A stretch of 64,000 nt of DNA from Callorhinchus milii (taxonomy: Eukaryota), in the NCBI RefSeq assembly GCF_018977255.1, contig NW_024704743.1, forward strand, positions 82,028,001 through 82,092,000, written 5' to 3'. Position numbers and translations under genes: made by a program. The notes beneath the pieces are model-generated. The model saw only the letters and a program-made list of their open reading frames with translations, did no database searches and had not been told where the DNA came from. This document shows, in pieces, positions 37,212 to 51,088 of the stretch. Numbering within the stretch: the first letter of the stretch is position 1; the number at the start of each line of letters is the position of its first letter.

Positions 37212-37452
37212 GGGGGAAGCATTTCACCTGGGCTAGGTTTTATTCTAATTATGTAGCATTTCAGAGCATCCAGATATTGGCAAATTCCGAAATACATTCT
37301 TAAGTTTGATGTATTTCTTCAAGTTGTTTTTAAGAAACTACAGAAAAATAGCTTCAAAGTTAAGACTGAATTAAACAATTTGGCAAATTCTGCACACTCT
37401 GAAATGTTTTATAAATAGAGTGAAATCCAAACAAAGGTGCAATTTCTTCCCT
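37212..37452. mobile_element. Palindromic MITE, most complete copy
   Basis: Imperfect TIRs GGGGGAAGCATTTCACCT / AGGTGCAATTTCTTCCCT, flanked by TATA on both sides; long internal fold-back symmetry. Confidence 0.75.
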
Positions 37453-37491
37453 TATAGTGATACTATTAAGTTTGTGTAAAGCAGGAAATAC

Positions 37492-37722
37492 TAAGCTGAA
37501 AATTCTACCTAGTCTCAGATACCTTTTGTCTTAAAGTTTAAGATTGTGCAGAATTATGCAAATTTTTAAATTCGGTTTTAATTTGGAAAAGGTTCTCTTT
37601 AAGGACTGTGGAAAATCAGCTGAGACTAAATTGAGACTGAATTTAAGAATTTGCCACAATTCTGTGCAAACTTGAATTTTAAGATAAAATAGTCTTAAAG
37701 GCTAAGACAAAATGTCAGGCCA
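37492..37722. mobile_element. Palindromic MITE (second subfamily)
   Basis: Similar to 18871-19105. Confidence 0.65.
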
Positions 37723-40296
37723 CCATGTTTAAGTGGTTTGGTTGTAATTCAGTGCCTCTGCTTGATTTATTCACTCAAGTTTCCTGACTGCCCACCCACT
37801 GAGGAACCCAGCACACCATGGTAGAAAGAACATTGAGAGCACAGGCTAGCCTCGCTGCCTGCAATAGGTGACACACCCGCACACTTTGAAGGTGATCTAA
37901 CCCCATCAATTGTACCTCTTTAAACCTCAGTGCACTTTGAACTTCGCAAGCCAACGTTTTAGTGTCTCTCAGTACCAGCCACAACCAGAGTGCTAATCAG
38001 CCACTGCCAAGGTGTCTGGCATCCAGCAGCTATTCGCTGCACTGTTAAAAGTTTAATGTTTTGACTTTGCATATTCCGTTTTATATAAGGAATGTTTCAG
38101 TCGTACTACCATTGCTTTCCATTAGTAATACTAGAATGACACAGCTATTAAGCCCTGAATCACCTTGCCAAACAATCATCATCACACATTAATAAAGCTA
38201 TTAAAGGGCTGTGCTAGAATGATTAACTTAATCCAACCAAAATCTTGACCTAGGACATCACGATTTGGTTGGATGCTATTAGTCATGGTAATGGGTTTCC
38301 GCAAGAGTCAGACACCGGCTGAAGTGAAGAAATGATTCTAAAGATATGGTTTAGGGATGAGAGAGAGAATGAATCCCTGAGCAACACAGGACAATTACAA
38401 ATGGAAAGTTCTGCTATTATCTCTGCACATTCTTCCTCAAAGCTACCCACGGGGTGCAATGTGACGCCACTTGTGAACCTCCTGAGATACGCAGGAGGCA
38501 GCCAGACTGGGATCATAGAAAGATGCCCTGAACTGGAATCGGGTGTTGACAGGGTGAGATAACACAGAGTTAAGGAAAATGGCACAACAAAGGTCTAAAA
38601 ATACCTTGGATCTCATTAACTCTAAAAACTTGGTTTAAAGGGACAAAAAAATTAAAAAGTGTATCAAAAATTAACATACACTACAATATTTCACAATGGT
38701 GTACCATGAACTTAATACCAAATATATTAATAATCCCTGCACTTGATATAGCACCTGTCAAAGCCCTTCACAGGAGTCACTATAAAGTTACCGATTGCGT
38801 ATTTTGAAGGCAAATGCGGCAGCCAATTTGTGCACAGCAATGTCCCCAAAAACAGCCATGAAGTGATAAATCAATTTTATCTGGGGATTAAAAGAGTCTC
38901 ATTCTCTAATTACTGGTAATTGGGAACCCGTTAATATTCAAAACCTGAAATTCAATCTAGATTTGCCTATAAAACTATTTTTCTTAACTTGACAAAATGG
39001 TCTTAAAGTTTAAAATTAGGTGGATTTCAAATCTCTAATGTTCTAATGTACATTCTGGTATTGATATTGTGCAGTGAACTTCAAAGTTTCCTGCAAGCAT
39101 TATCACTCCTGACAGATAATAGTTGCTCCTGTATCAACATTGATAGTAGGCACCGGATGATGCATGGAATATTGAGAAGGCTGTTCTCAGGATGTCAGCC
39201 GTATACAGGCTTCAAAAAAAGCATATCTATGCATCGCCAATGAAGTAACTGAGACAGTGAGTGAGTTGCTTTCTTCCTATACACAGAAGTGTTTCAAACA
39301 ACAAAGCTGCCATTTGAGACAGGGGCTCCCAATAACCCACACTTTGAGGGTCATTGGCTACAGCCTGAACAATCCTTATATAAGGGGCAGCATCTTCATG
39401 AAACAATGTATGGCAGATCTCAATGCTTATTTATAGACTCCTGATACAACAGTGTCAAACAAGTGGAAACACATCTTCACTTGTCACTGATAAGTATCCT
39501 GGCTTCTCTGCCCCTCCCCCCAAACCAAAATAAAGGTCAGCTGGGATCTTGTTCATGAAGCTGGTGTCCTTTCACTGTTTGAAGGACATTAGGCTTTAAA
39601 GATGCCAGTGCTTCAGCTGCCGTTAGTCTGATAAACTCACCCACACTCCCACACACACAGGAAATGATCGTAAAGCTAAAACTGCTTTCCTGATCTAGGT
39701 CGTGGGAATTCTCGTCTAACTCCATATAAGGTGGATAATGCTTTATAAAACAAGTACTTCCATTTGATATAATGTTAATAATAATAATCCTTGTATTTGA
39801 TATCGCGCCTTATCTCGTTGTTGAGACGGCTCAAAGCGCTTAAAAAATGATACCGGAAAGTGAATTGACTGTGTATTGTTTGGCCGATATAGATCCTTTT
39901 ACATGGATGTCTCAAAGTGTTTCACTGGATTTACTGTAAAGTATAGTGAGTATGTATTATTATCGGTGAATTTGCTAGGACGTCTCAAAGCGCTTCACAG
40001 AATTTATTGTAAAGTCTCTAGGGTAATGTCTCTTTTCAAGGCTGAGGAGCCCTGGATTATCAGATCATTCTTCATAGCTCTCCCATCTAAAACTGGGGAT
40101 CATCCTCATTGTTCTCCTCTGCTCTGGCTCTCAGCCCAGGTGCTCCCTCAAAATACTCTAGGTGTGGCCTGACCAGAGCGCTGTACAGCTTGTGCATGGC
40201 TTCTGAGGATCTGAGCTCAACTGATATGACATTATAGCCAAGCATCCTGTGTGCATTATTTATTTCTATGCTGTAATGTTCTATGTAATTCTATGC

Positions 40297-40374
40297 TTAA
40301 TCATGTGAAAAGGTGTTGTATAAATTCAAGTTGTTGTCAACTTGAACTTATACAACACCTTTTCACATGATTAA
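40297..40374. repeat. 37-bp-arm hairpin formed by tail-to-tail L2-type 3' ends
   Basis: 40297-40333 versus 40338-40374, one mismatch, 4-nt loop. Confidence 0.9.
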
Positions 40375-41908
40375 TCTCCCAATGTGAAAGGCACAACATA
40401 AATGTAAAATTGTACTGTATTGTGTTCTTATTCATTTCATGGCTGTTGGTGGGATATTGCAGTGTGCAAAGGCTGCTGCCCCGAATGGGACAATGGGATC
40501 CGTGTCATGCAGCTACTCATGAATGTCCCAACGGGCTTAACAATCTTGACTTGGCACCAATTTTATGAATAAAATGACCAATCTAGGAGATTGGTGTCCT
40601 GGACACTGGGAGAAACTCCCTTCTCTTTTGCAATAGTGCCATGCAATCTTTAACATCCACTTGAACAGACAGACAAAGGACCTTGGTTTAATTTCTCATC
40701 CAAGAAATGGACCTTCAGCCATGCAGTACACCCTCACGAATGTCAGACTAGACTCAAATTCCCAATATGAGCATTGAACTGACAACCTTCTGAATCAGAG
40801 GCAAGAAACAGTTGTAATGGTTCCGTATGTGGGAGGTGTTGCAGTAGCATTAGTAAATCAGCTTGCTCAGAACTGAAGTCATCATCTCATTGAAGTGAGA
40901 TTAAAAACTACCACCTCTAATAATCCTGTTGTATCTGATAGAAATCTACACTGGGACTACAACAACAACAACAACTTGCATTTATGTAGTGCCCCTCACG
41001 CAGGGTAGAGTCCCAGAGCACGTTAGTGTGAATGGTTTGCTCTGATCTTTTTATGTGCCCATGGAGGATTTAACTTGTTGAAGGCTAAATGTGTGTTGCA
41101 GATTTCCAAGAGTATATAGGATTTCAATTTCAAAAAGTAATATGGGATTTAATATCTAGACTTTTTAATATTGCAAAATACATACACATTAGCAGTATTC
41201 ACTGCTAATTAAAATGTGGAATCTAATTTGGTTTGTTCTGAAATGCTGTCACATCCTCCCGACGTGAAAGGCACTATACAAATGTAATCTTCTTGTTGTT
41301 GTTGTTGCTCTGCTGACAAAGTATTACTTGCCAAGTTCTCAACTGATTAAAATCTTATCAGCTATATTTAACACGTCAGGCACTTCTTTTTACTATTGAC
41401 TTAGGAATTAAGAGCAAGGAGCATGTCACAGAAACAGCACAAATTTATATTTATATAGCACCTTTCACATTGGAAGCACCTCCAAGGCCAAGGGAAAGTT
41501 AAATAACTCCTTGAGACATGAAGAAAAATTGGAGCTGAACCACTCACAGTATACTCCATGTAGGTTATTACCAGATATAGTACAATAGGACTATTAGAGG
41601 TGCAAGTTTACTTCAATCTCACTTTATCGAGAGCATGATTTCAGTTTCAAACAAGCTAATTTACCAGTGCTGCTGGAAAGGATGTTTTACATGTTTTTTT
41701 AATCTCACTGAGGGAATCACAACAACTCCTGCGGTGTCAGAGGTCTCGCTGGGTCAGAGGTTATATCAAACTAAGGTAAAACACTGGGGTAAAGTTTCAT
41801 AACATGTTCCTTCATGTTCCTTCATGTTATGGAACATCATTAACTGTACCTCAATGATTGTAAAGAAGATACATTTTGTAAAGAAGTCTGTGCTGTTTGT
41901 TAGATTCT

Positions 41909-42305
41909 GAGGGTGAGAAATTCCACCTGGGTCCAGATTTACTCAATTTTCTTAACAACAACAACAAGATTACATTTATATAGCACCTTTCATGTCGGGA
42001 GGACGTCCCAAGGCGCTGGACAGTGTACAAAATTTCAGACCTGAGCTGGGTTCAGGGGGAAGAGGGGAGGGGAGGGGAAGGGGGGTGGCCGATGGCATGG
42101 AGTGTGCAGAATTTAGCTTAATGTAACATATGGAGTATGCAGAATTTGGCAAATTGTTAAATTCAATCTTAAAGTTGAGGCTGGTTTTCTGCGGTTCTTT
42201 AAAAAGAAGATAGAAAACAGGCTTCAAAATTAAGACTACATTTAAGAGTTTGCCAAATTCTGTAAAATCCTTTGAAATGCTAAGATAATGTAATAAATCT
42301 AGACC
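41909..42305. mobile_element. MITE interrupted by a short L2 3' fragment (41953-42100, minus)
   Basis: GGGTGAGAAATTCCACCTGGG start; MITE body resumes near 42107. Confidence 0.7.
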
Positions 42306-42411
42306 ATGGATGTCAAACTCATTGAGTCTTTGGGTAAGATGACCAGATAATCGTAATTAACTGGATGGGAGAGGCTTGTCTCCTGTAATCATGGCCAATC
42401 CTGACATCAGT

Positions 42412-43560
42412 TACAACAACAACAACTTGCATTTATATGGCGCCCTCCACTCCGGGTGGCGTCTCAGAGCGTTTAGCAATAGCGGAGTCCGAGACCGAGA
42501 CCGGGGGAGAGTGGAGGTGACCGTAGGCATGGTCGAAGAGGAAGGTTTTCAGGCGTGACCTGAAGATGGGGAAGGAGGGGGCAAGGTGAAGGGGTTGAGG
42601 GAAGGAGTTTCAAAGTTTCGGGGCATGGTGGCTGAAGGCACGGCCACCGATGGTGGAGTGGAGGATTGGGAGGACGCGGAGAAGGCCGGGTGAAGCCAGC
42701 GGGTACTGCTGTGGGGAGAGAGGAGGTTAGAGAGATGTAGGGTGCCAAGGCATGGAGGGAGTTAAACACTAGAGTGAGGATCTTGAAGTCGATCCACTCT
42801 GTGACAGGGAACCAGTGGAGTTTGGCAAGGACTGGAGTAATCGGGTGCGGAGCTTGGTGCGGGTGAGAATGCGGGAGGTGGAGTTTTGAATGAGCTGGAT
42901 TTTGTGAATAGTGGAGGAGGGGAGACCAGCGAGGAGGGCGTTAGAGTAGTCCAGCTGAGAGGTGACAAAGGCATAAACAAGGGTTTCAGCAGCTTTTGGG
43001 GTGAGGTATTGTCGGAGAAGGGCAATGTGGCAGAGGTGGAAGAAAGTGGTGCTGGTCAGGAACCGAATTTGGGGGTTAGAGAGGATAACTGGAGATCGAA
43101 CCTGACGCCTAAGTTGCAAACGGGTTCGGAAAGTTTTAAGGACAGGTCAAGTAGGTTGAGGAGGTTGGAATCGTGGGACAGAAGACGTCGGCGGGAGCCA
43201 AAGAGTATGGCTTCTGTCTTGTTGAAGTTTAGCTGCAGGAAATTTGCGCTCATCCAGTACTTGATGTCCGACAGACAAGCTGATAGAACATCAGGGGACT
43301 GGGGGTCACAGCTGGAGGTGGAAAAGTCGAGTTGAGTGTCATCCGCACATGTGGAAGTTAACCCAGTATCTGCGGATGACATCACCAAGAGGGAGCATAT
43401 AGATGAGGAAGAGGGTGGAAGCGAGAAGAAAAGCCATTTGCAGCAATGGCAGTTTGTAAGCTAGAACTCAAAGCAAGCGAGTGCGGTCCCACTGAGGTGG
43501 GTGATGGAGGATAGGCAGTGGAGGAGGATGGTGTGATTGACAGTAAAGAATAGCTTGGTC
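42412..43560 (-). mobile_element. 5'-truncated L2 LINE (different 3'-end type)
   Basis: CADDTQL, ANFLQLNFNKTE, TSQLDYSNALLAGLP in ORFs 43056..43388 and 42769..43119. Confidence 0.9.
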
Positions 43561-44624
43561 TGGGAAAGTAAAGGTGCTGGTGGTTAGGAAGCTGGCCCTG
43601 CTCTGTGGTGACTGCACAGCCAGAGAGGTTCAATGAGGCTTTTAACCCAAGCCACTCAACGACAATACCACAGTTTAGGAGTCCACTAGTTTTGCATTAC
43701 AATTTGCAGTTAATGGTGGGAGTAGAAAAATAAAGATCAGAAGTATTCCGTTTGGTTGAAAATCACCCTTCTGTCCACCCACTGGGAAATCTGAAGCGAC
43801 ACATCTTAATCCCAACCTCAGGAGGTATTCCCTGCAGAGTCGGTGTGAAAATTTCACTTCCCACAACATCCTTCCTCTTGAGCAAATTACCAAATTGTGC
43901 CAATTGTGGCGGAATTATAGACAGCGATAAAAGAAATTGTGTGAATGCTGAAAATCCTGATGATGAGGCATACCTAAAATGTTCCCCTCTCTTTACCTTT
44001 TAAACATTGAAAATAATACTGCAAACTTCCAGCATTTGTTTTTGTTTTTGTTCCCAAATTATTGTGGGGTTTGTGCACTGGGCTCATGTTCATTAGATCC
44101 TGCACTGAGACTGTCCAAAATTGTTTCACTTAGAACTTTTACAGAGGGAAAAAAAACTTACATTTAATCTATCTGTTCTGGTTACGAGCCTCGCTGGGGA
44201 TATAAAAAAGAGGATATATCACAGTGGTCATCCCTCAAATACACAATAACGGTGACTATTACAAGGGGATCTAATTTGTGGTCCTCAAAACTGAGTTCCA
44301 TATGCATAATTCAATTTATAATAATCCTTGCCTTTGACATAGTGATTTGAAGTCTCAAAGTATTTCACAGGTTATACCTTAACTTAGAGTGACTCGGTAC
44401 CTTGTGGTGAATACAGCAGCCATTTATGCCAGCAATGTCCTGCAAAGAGCCACACAGTGAATGATCAATTTTATTTTTGACCCCACATCCTTCTGACTCA
44501 CCCGCATAATCATCTGATTCAGAGTCGAGTTCGCTACCAACTGGGCCAGGATGACAAATAATTTCAGAGGGCAACACCATTATTAAGGGACTTTCCCAGA
44601 TCACAGAATCACTTTGAATACTGG

Positions 44625-45446
44625 TGTACTGCCTCACCTCAGGCGCTGACAGCATCACCATCCATGGTTGCACACTCCACCTTGCTAAGCCAGTCCGGAA
44701 CCTTGGAGTCTTGTTTGACCCTCAACTATCCTTTCTACCTCACATCTGCACCATGACCCGCTCTGTCTTCCCCACCTCCGCAATATCGCCCGGCTCCGCC
44801 ACCGTCTCACACCACAGGCCGCCGAAACCCTCATACATGCTTTAATTACATCGGGACTTGACTATGCAAATTCATTGCTTGTCACCCTCCCCAACTTCTC
44901 CCTCCACAGGCTGCAGATCATCCAGAACTTTGCAGCCCATGTCCTCTCCCGCAACAGGCTCCATGACCCTATCACCCCCATCCTCACCCGACTCCACTGG
45001 CTTCCCATCACACAGAGGATACATTTCAAGATCCTGGTCCTCACCTTCAAAGCCCTCATGGTTTTGCTCCTCCCTACCTCTGCAACCTCCTAACCCCCTA
45101 CCATCCTCGACACTCGCTCTGCTCAGTGGGCCCCGTCTGCTTCATGTCCCCCACCTCGTTTGCCCCACTATTGGGGAGGGCGGGCCTTCTGCCACTCTGC
45201 ATCCACCCTCTGGAACTCCATCCCGGAGTCCCTCTGCCTCACCCCCTCCCTCGCCACCTTGAAAACCCATCTCAAGACCCTCCTCTTCAACCATGCTTTC
45301 GATCTTCCTGTTTTCGCCCTGCCCTCCACCCTCCCTGATCCCGACCCCCAGCTCGGGTCCGAAATTCTGTCTGTCCAGCACCTTGGGACGTCCTCCCGAT
45401 GTGAAAGGTGCTATACAAATGTAATTTTATTTTTTTGTTGCTGTTG
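44625..45446 (+). mobile_element. 5'-truncated L2 LINE
   Basis: VRNLGVLFDPQLSF, LHWLPITQRIHFK, 3' stem-loop and tail. Confidence 0.95.
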
Positions 45447-47532
45447 TACTGTGGACTGTAGGTTATACTTACACTTTCAACTAATGATCTGAATAATGGA
45501 ACTGGTCAGCCTCCTGTTCTAAAACAAATGGCTGACTTGCAGGTCCTGCGGTTGCTAGCATCTACAGCAAAGCCGTAAGGCTTTACGCAGTGCTTCAGAA
45601 GTTCAAGTGCAGTTCTTTGCTTCTCATTATTTAAAATTAACTGGAGATACCTGCACTCAATTAACTTCTTATGCTTTGATTTCACGCTCTGCTGGCAGGG
45701 ACTCTGAGTCATATGATAACAACTGCACACTGAGTAAATCCTCACTTGTTATTCACTGAGTTAAAGGAAGTGTTGTGGTTCTTTAAGCAATCAAATCTTT
45801 CCAATGCATTTGTTTTTATTTTCAGAATTTTCTTTCATCTCGAATAATGCAGATGATTTTAGTCGATCTATCTCTTTGCAGCTGAAAAATCACAAGCTGA
45901 CAAACTCTGATCATACTGAAGTTAACTCCACAAATTCTTTTCTTTTCTCAACTATTTTCTTTTTGTAATCATTCAAAGTATTATCAATTCAACATTTTCA
46001 CAGATTTTTAATGTGATTGAGTGGGAATTTGTGTTTTATCTGAGTAATAACAGACCAAATTCATATGCACAAATTGCAAGAAAAGTGCAGACACATGCAG
46101 ATATTTGAAACTCCAGGTCCCGATTCTTCTAAAAACAAAAAGTCGCTGAGAACACTCAGTAGGTCAGGTAGCATCTATGGAGAAAGAAAAGTGAATCAAT
46201 GTTTTGGGTCTTGGCAATAAAAGTCAATGGCTGCAGTCCACCTGATGGAAGATGGCAGGCAGGTGGAACTTTGGTTTAGAGTCTCATCCAAAGCATCTCC
46301 AACAACACAGCCTTCCCTATCACTGTGTTTAGAGTGTCAGTCTAGAACGTCAGTTCAAATTCCTGACGTGGGACTTGAACCACAACCTTCTGGCTTGAAG
46401 ACAAGAGAGCTTCAAACTGAGCCAGGCTTGGCGCATTCCAAAAATACCTAAAATAATAATAATTTGGTCACTCAATCCACGACTGTCTGTGGGACACTGC
46501 TGTGCCCAATTGGCTACCGGGTTTCGCCCACAAAATACACAGTAAATTCACGTTACAGTCTATTCTGCAAAGCGCTTTGATGCGATAAGGCATCATAGCA
46601 AATGCAAGGATTATTATTATTATTCTAATTGTGGTTCCTGCACATCTGAGTAATTTGATGTTATTACAACACTTGCATGATGAAGTCAAGGTGTCCACGT
46701 GTGCACAGAACATCAACATTTCCCTTCCCTCCAACCCTGTCACTTTTCATTATATGCGCCAACCCTCATGTGTGGAACTCAGTCTGGTTTGGATACTCTT
46801 AAGCATAGTGACGTGTCAGACAATGAGCAAAAAAAATTACAGTGCGAGTTTCCGTGTACAGCAGGGTTCCTCTGAGGCAAACCCATTGAGTAAAAGTGGA
46901 ATAACTTAAACAGTGGAACATCAACACTTATCTTTAAGGTGTCCTTTGCAAAGTCTTTACACTGATCCCTATTTACACAAATAGGTCTAATTTAGTACAG
47001 GTCTGATGATCTCCCAGCTGTCCTACTCATGAAGTAATTAACGTCATTCTTTTTATACTCACCTCTGGTCCTAACCAGCACACATGCCAGACAGTATCAA
47101 ATGTCCTGCTCAATGCACATGCTGGCATTGTCAGGCAGAACAGGAGACCAGCGCCAGACAAACCAGACTGCTTTAATGCTTCATTTGAAGCAGACACGAA
47201 TAACCATTTGAAAGCAATGCAATTAGAGCTTCCCAAGCAATTACTATGCTTACTACGCAAATAAAAATAGTGTCACATTTAACAACTGTCTAACAACAGC
47301 AGTGACCTTCCTGGTCCTTATCTAAAGGGTTTGTAGCACATTATTAACATGACTGAGGGCCAATCAGGCACATCACAAAAAGTGTGGTTCCACAACAGTT
47401 AGGATTAATAAATTGTCATGGATCCTTCTTCAGAGCACATAGTTCATCACATCGTTTACACTGCTATAATTCTCATCTGCTTGATCCTCAGTTCAGCAAC
47501 CTTGGGATTGTAGTAGCCAGTTAAAGGGTCAT

Positions 47533-47896
47533 TAATAATAATAATCCTTGTATTTGCTATAGCGCTTTTCATGTGTTCCAGACGTTTCAAAGAGCTTCAC
47601 AGAAATATACTGTAAAGTGAATTGACTGTATATCTGTGGGCAAAACGCCGCAGCCAATTGCGCACAGCAGTGCCTCACATACAGTCGTGGATTGAGTGAC
47701 CAAATTATTATTGTTTTTTTCAAGGATTATTATCCCCAGAAAAGCAATCCGCCAATCAACTAACCACTGATTTACTGCAAGGTAAACAGAGGAGTGTGGT
47801 GTAAGGAAACTTGCCCAATGTTTCGCCCTGCTGGGAATCAAACCTAGGTCTCTTGCTTGCGAGGCGAGTGCTCTAACCACTGAGCTACAGGAATCC
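47533..47896 (-). mobile_element. tRNA-Ala-derived SINE, full length (long variant)
   Basis: Head GGATTCCTGTAGCTCAGTGGTTAGAGCACTCGCCTCGCAAGCAAG with CGC at the anticodon position. Confidence 0.9.
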
Positions 47897-48094
47897 AATG
47901 TCAGGAATTGTCAGCAATGTTTGACTGGTACACCAAAGGTTGTATGCAATATCCAAGGTGCTGGTGGACAGAAGCGCATTATGCAGCATTTTTGAATTAC
48001 TGTATTATAAACTGATTTAATTCAGCTTTTCAATTCACAACACTTCTGCATCTCAGTGTGTGATGCTTGTGTGATGCACACTGGAAATGCATAT

Positions 48095-48300
48095 ACTGGG
48101 TGCACATACACACACACATACAAGCACAAACTCACAAGCATGCATGCACACACCTACATACACATGCATATGCACAAGTAAGCATGGTCTCACCTACAAA
48201 TACATGCATGTGTGTTCACAAACATGCAGGGACTCATAAATATACACGAATGCGCATGGCAGCATACATACACACACACATACTCACACACACACAGATG
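48095..48300. repeat. Degenerate (CA/TG)n alternating purine-pyrimidine tract
   Basis: Directly visible. Confidence 0.85.
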
Positions 48301-48873
48301 AGGGTTGCTATCAGCTTTATTTCTAAGTTCATTTGTCGAAGAATAAACATAATTTCTGTGAATAACAGGAAAACAAACAAAATGTCAGTCTGATAAATTG
48401 AGGGGGAATTACATGTCACTTTTGCACCAAACATCTTCTTGTAATTATGGCCTGAAAAGACCAAACTGCACAATTTCTCTAAACTTTATCTAAAAATACC
48501 AAAGAACTGTTGTATTGTCTGAGCAAATGAACCTTAGCGCTGTTTCCTTTACATCATTGAGATTTGCCACAGCTCAGTGAGCAGAACATTTCAGATCTTT
48601 GAAGTGGCTGTTGTTCAATGGCTACTTTGATTTAACATCTCCACCGAGCAAGATGTTAACTTTTAAACAGGAAATTAAAGGGGAAGTGCATTCTGATGAA
48701 TTGTCAATGTCCCCAATGTCATAAAAAGCGATACCCTTACAATTACTGCTTTTTTGTCTCCAGATGAGGGACCTTCCTCCAGTTCCGAGTTTAGTCCAAT
48801 TACATAAATACCCCAATTACACAGTTTGGTGTCTCCTTTTCACAGGAAATCACCATAAACGCAGCCCCTCAAA

Positions 48874-48887
48874 CCACCAGAGGGCAA
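48874..48887 (+). promoter_or_regulatory. CTCF-type motif
   Basis: CCACCAGAGGGCAA. Confidence 0.4.
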
Positions 48888-50723
48888 CCAGACATTGATT
48901 CAAGTCAACAAAGGCTCATCTCAATATGATCTCCTGCACTGGATCAATTTCTGGAACCAAATGTGACTAAAAACATTTGATAAAATACAATACAATTTAC
49001 ATTTATACAGCACCTATCATATTGGGAGGACACCTCAAAGCTCTAGATAATGCTAGTTGGGCACCCAAGCTGGAGGTGGGAGCTGAGAGGAGTTGGGGAG
49101 GGTAAAGTGGAAAGATGACTAAAAGCGTTATCAAAGAGGTATCTATTGAAACAGGGCTTGAATGAAGTTAACAGGAACTTGATTGTAGCCAAAAGGCCGA
49201 GGAGCGATTTACATTTACTACTGTGACTCTATCTCACACCAGCAACATGCCTTATGCTTAAAGTTAGGAGGGCTGGGAGCCAACATAAACCCCCTTTAAT
49301 GCTTTCGCTCACCCCTGCCAATTACTCAGTTGCCACGTTTACTACTTGGTGTAAAATTGAGTTGAACAGATCTCAGGTTAGATTATGGGGACTTGATGAT
49401 CTCAAACAGGTCAGAGAACTAAAATTGTCTAGCACATCCCTGGTGAGAGAGAAATTATATTAGCCAGGAATCCTTCTTAATTGATATCCAATAACTCTCT
49501 CTTCCTGACAAGCAAGTGCAAGTGTGTGGATGATGAGTGAAGACAGGATAAGGCTCAGCTGGGATACCTCCGTCCTCTATTCTTTCCTCTCCCACTCATT
49601 CACATGCCTGGCCCCAGGCTGACATCTTCTCATGTGGACTGCCCATAAGGGGCTACTATTAGAAATTTGTTTCCATACATGCAGATGCTTAGAAACATTT
49701 GCATCTGGTTCATAAAATCGAATTTGTTCAGTTACAGAAAGTACTGCGATCTGCCATGCTGACCAGAGTTACAGTATTTGGCCAGTGAAATGGAGGTTTG
49801 TGGCTTCACTGCCCTGGGCCATTGATGCATGGCCCAGCAAACGATATGAGCCACGCTGTTGGAGGGTGAGAGTACAGATCATTTTCTTGTTTAGAGGATC
49901 TGAATCATGTATTAGTTCGGAGAAGTCACCCATTCTGTGCCGGGATAATCACTTGCAGACCAGGAAAGGTAATTTGATGTGGCTGAGTTATTATTTCTAC
50001 AGCTTTCCCGCACCCCCCCACCCCCCACCACCTTTCCTAATTGTGGTGTGCTCGATTGCACACATTTGACCTCAAAACTGCAAGTCGTGTTATTAAATTC
50101 TATCCAAAAAGCATTTTCCCAGCAAACATTTTATTTACTCTCTGACGTGTCACCAGGCATTAATGATCACGGATTCAATGGGAGTGATTATTTATACCTT
50201 TACTTCAATGCAGTGCCCTGATTTAACCCATAATATGGGAATCTAAAGCTGATGTTTTACATTTATCTCACGGTAAAGGAAGAACGTACATTTGTATAGC
50301 CCTGATTCATGTTGAAACATCTCAAAGTGCTTCATAGTAATTACTGACAAGTTCCCATTTTTATAGGCAAACACGGCAGTTACATAGAGCAACAAACAGT
50401 CATAAGGTGAATGACCGATCAATCTGGATGAATGTTGGCCAGGACCTGGGGAGAGATTCCTTCTCTTTTGTAAAAGTATCAGGGAATCTTTTAACTTTTA
50501 CCTGAAAAATGGGACATCAGTTTAATGATCCATTGAAAAGGCAGCAATTCCAGCAATCTAGCACTGCCCCAACACTGGAGTGTCAGTGTAGCTCTGATGC
50601 GGGGAGATCAAGAGTCAAGACCAGGAGTCTCAGAGAATGGGTGCAGAAGGTGGATTGCAGAAGAATGGCGATATGTATCTTCAAAGACTACCTTCTGTAG
50701 CAGAGTGTAAAACATGTGAACAG

Positions 50724-51088
50724 TAATAATAAATCCTTGCATTTGATATAGTGCTTTTCATGTCTTCCAGACATCTCAAAGCGCTTCACAGAATATACTA
50801 TAAAGTCAATTGACTGTATATTTGTGGGCGAAACTCGACAGCCTATTGCGCACAGCAGTGTCCCACAAACAGTCATGGATTGAGCGATCAAATTATTATT
50901 TTTTTGAAGGAATTATTATCCCAAGAAAAGCAATCCGCCAATCGATTAACAACCGGGTTCCTACTTACTGCTAGGTAAACAGAGGCGTGTGGATTAAGGA
51001 AACTTGCCCAACATTTCGTCCTGCCGGGAATCAAACCCAGGTCTCTCACTTGCGAGGCAAGTTCTCTAACCACTGAGCTACAGCACTC
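50724..51088 (-). mobile_element. tRNA-Ala-derived SINE, full length (long variant)
   Basis: Complete head, body and tail. Confidence 0.9.

Noticed and set aside
12748..45446. Oppositely oriented similar L2 copies as ends of a composite element
   Set aside because: Their 5' truncation points differ and such copies are abundant; independent insertions are sufficient.
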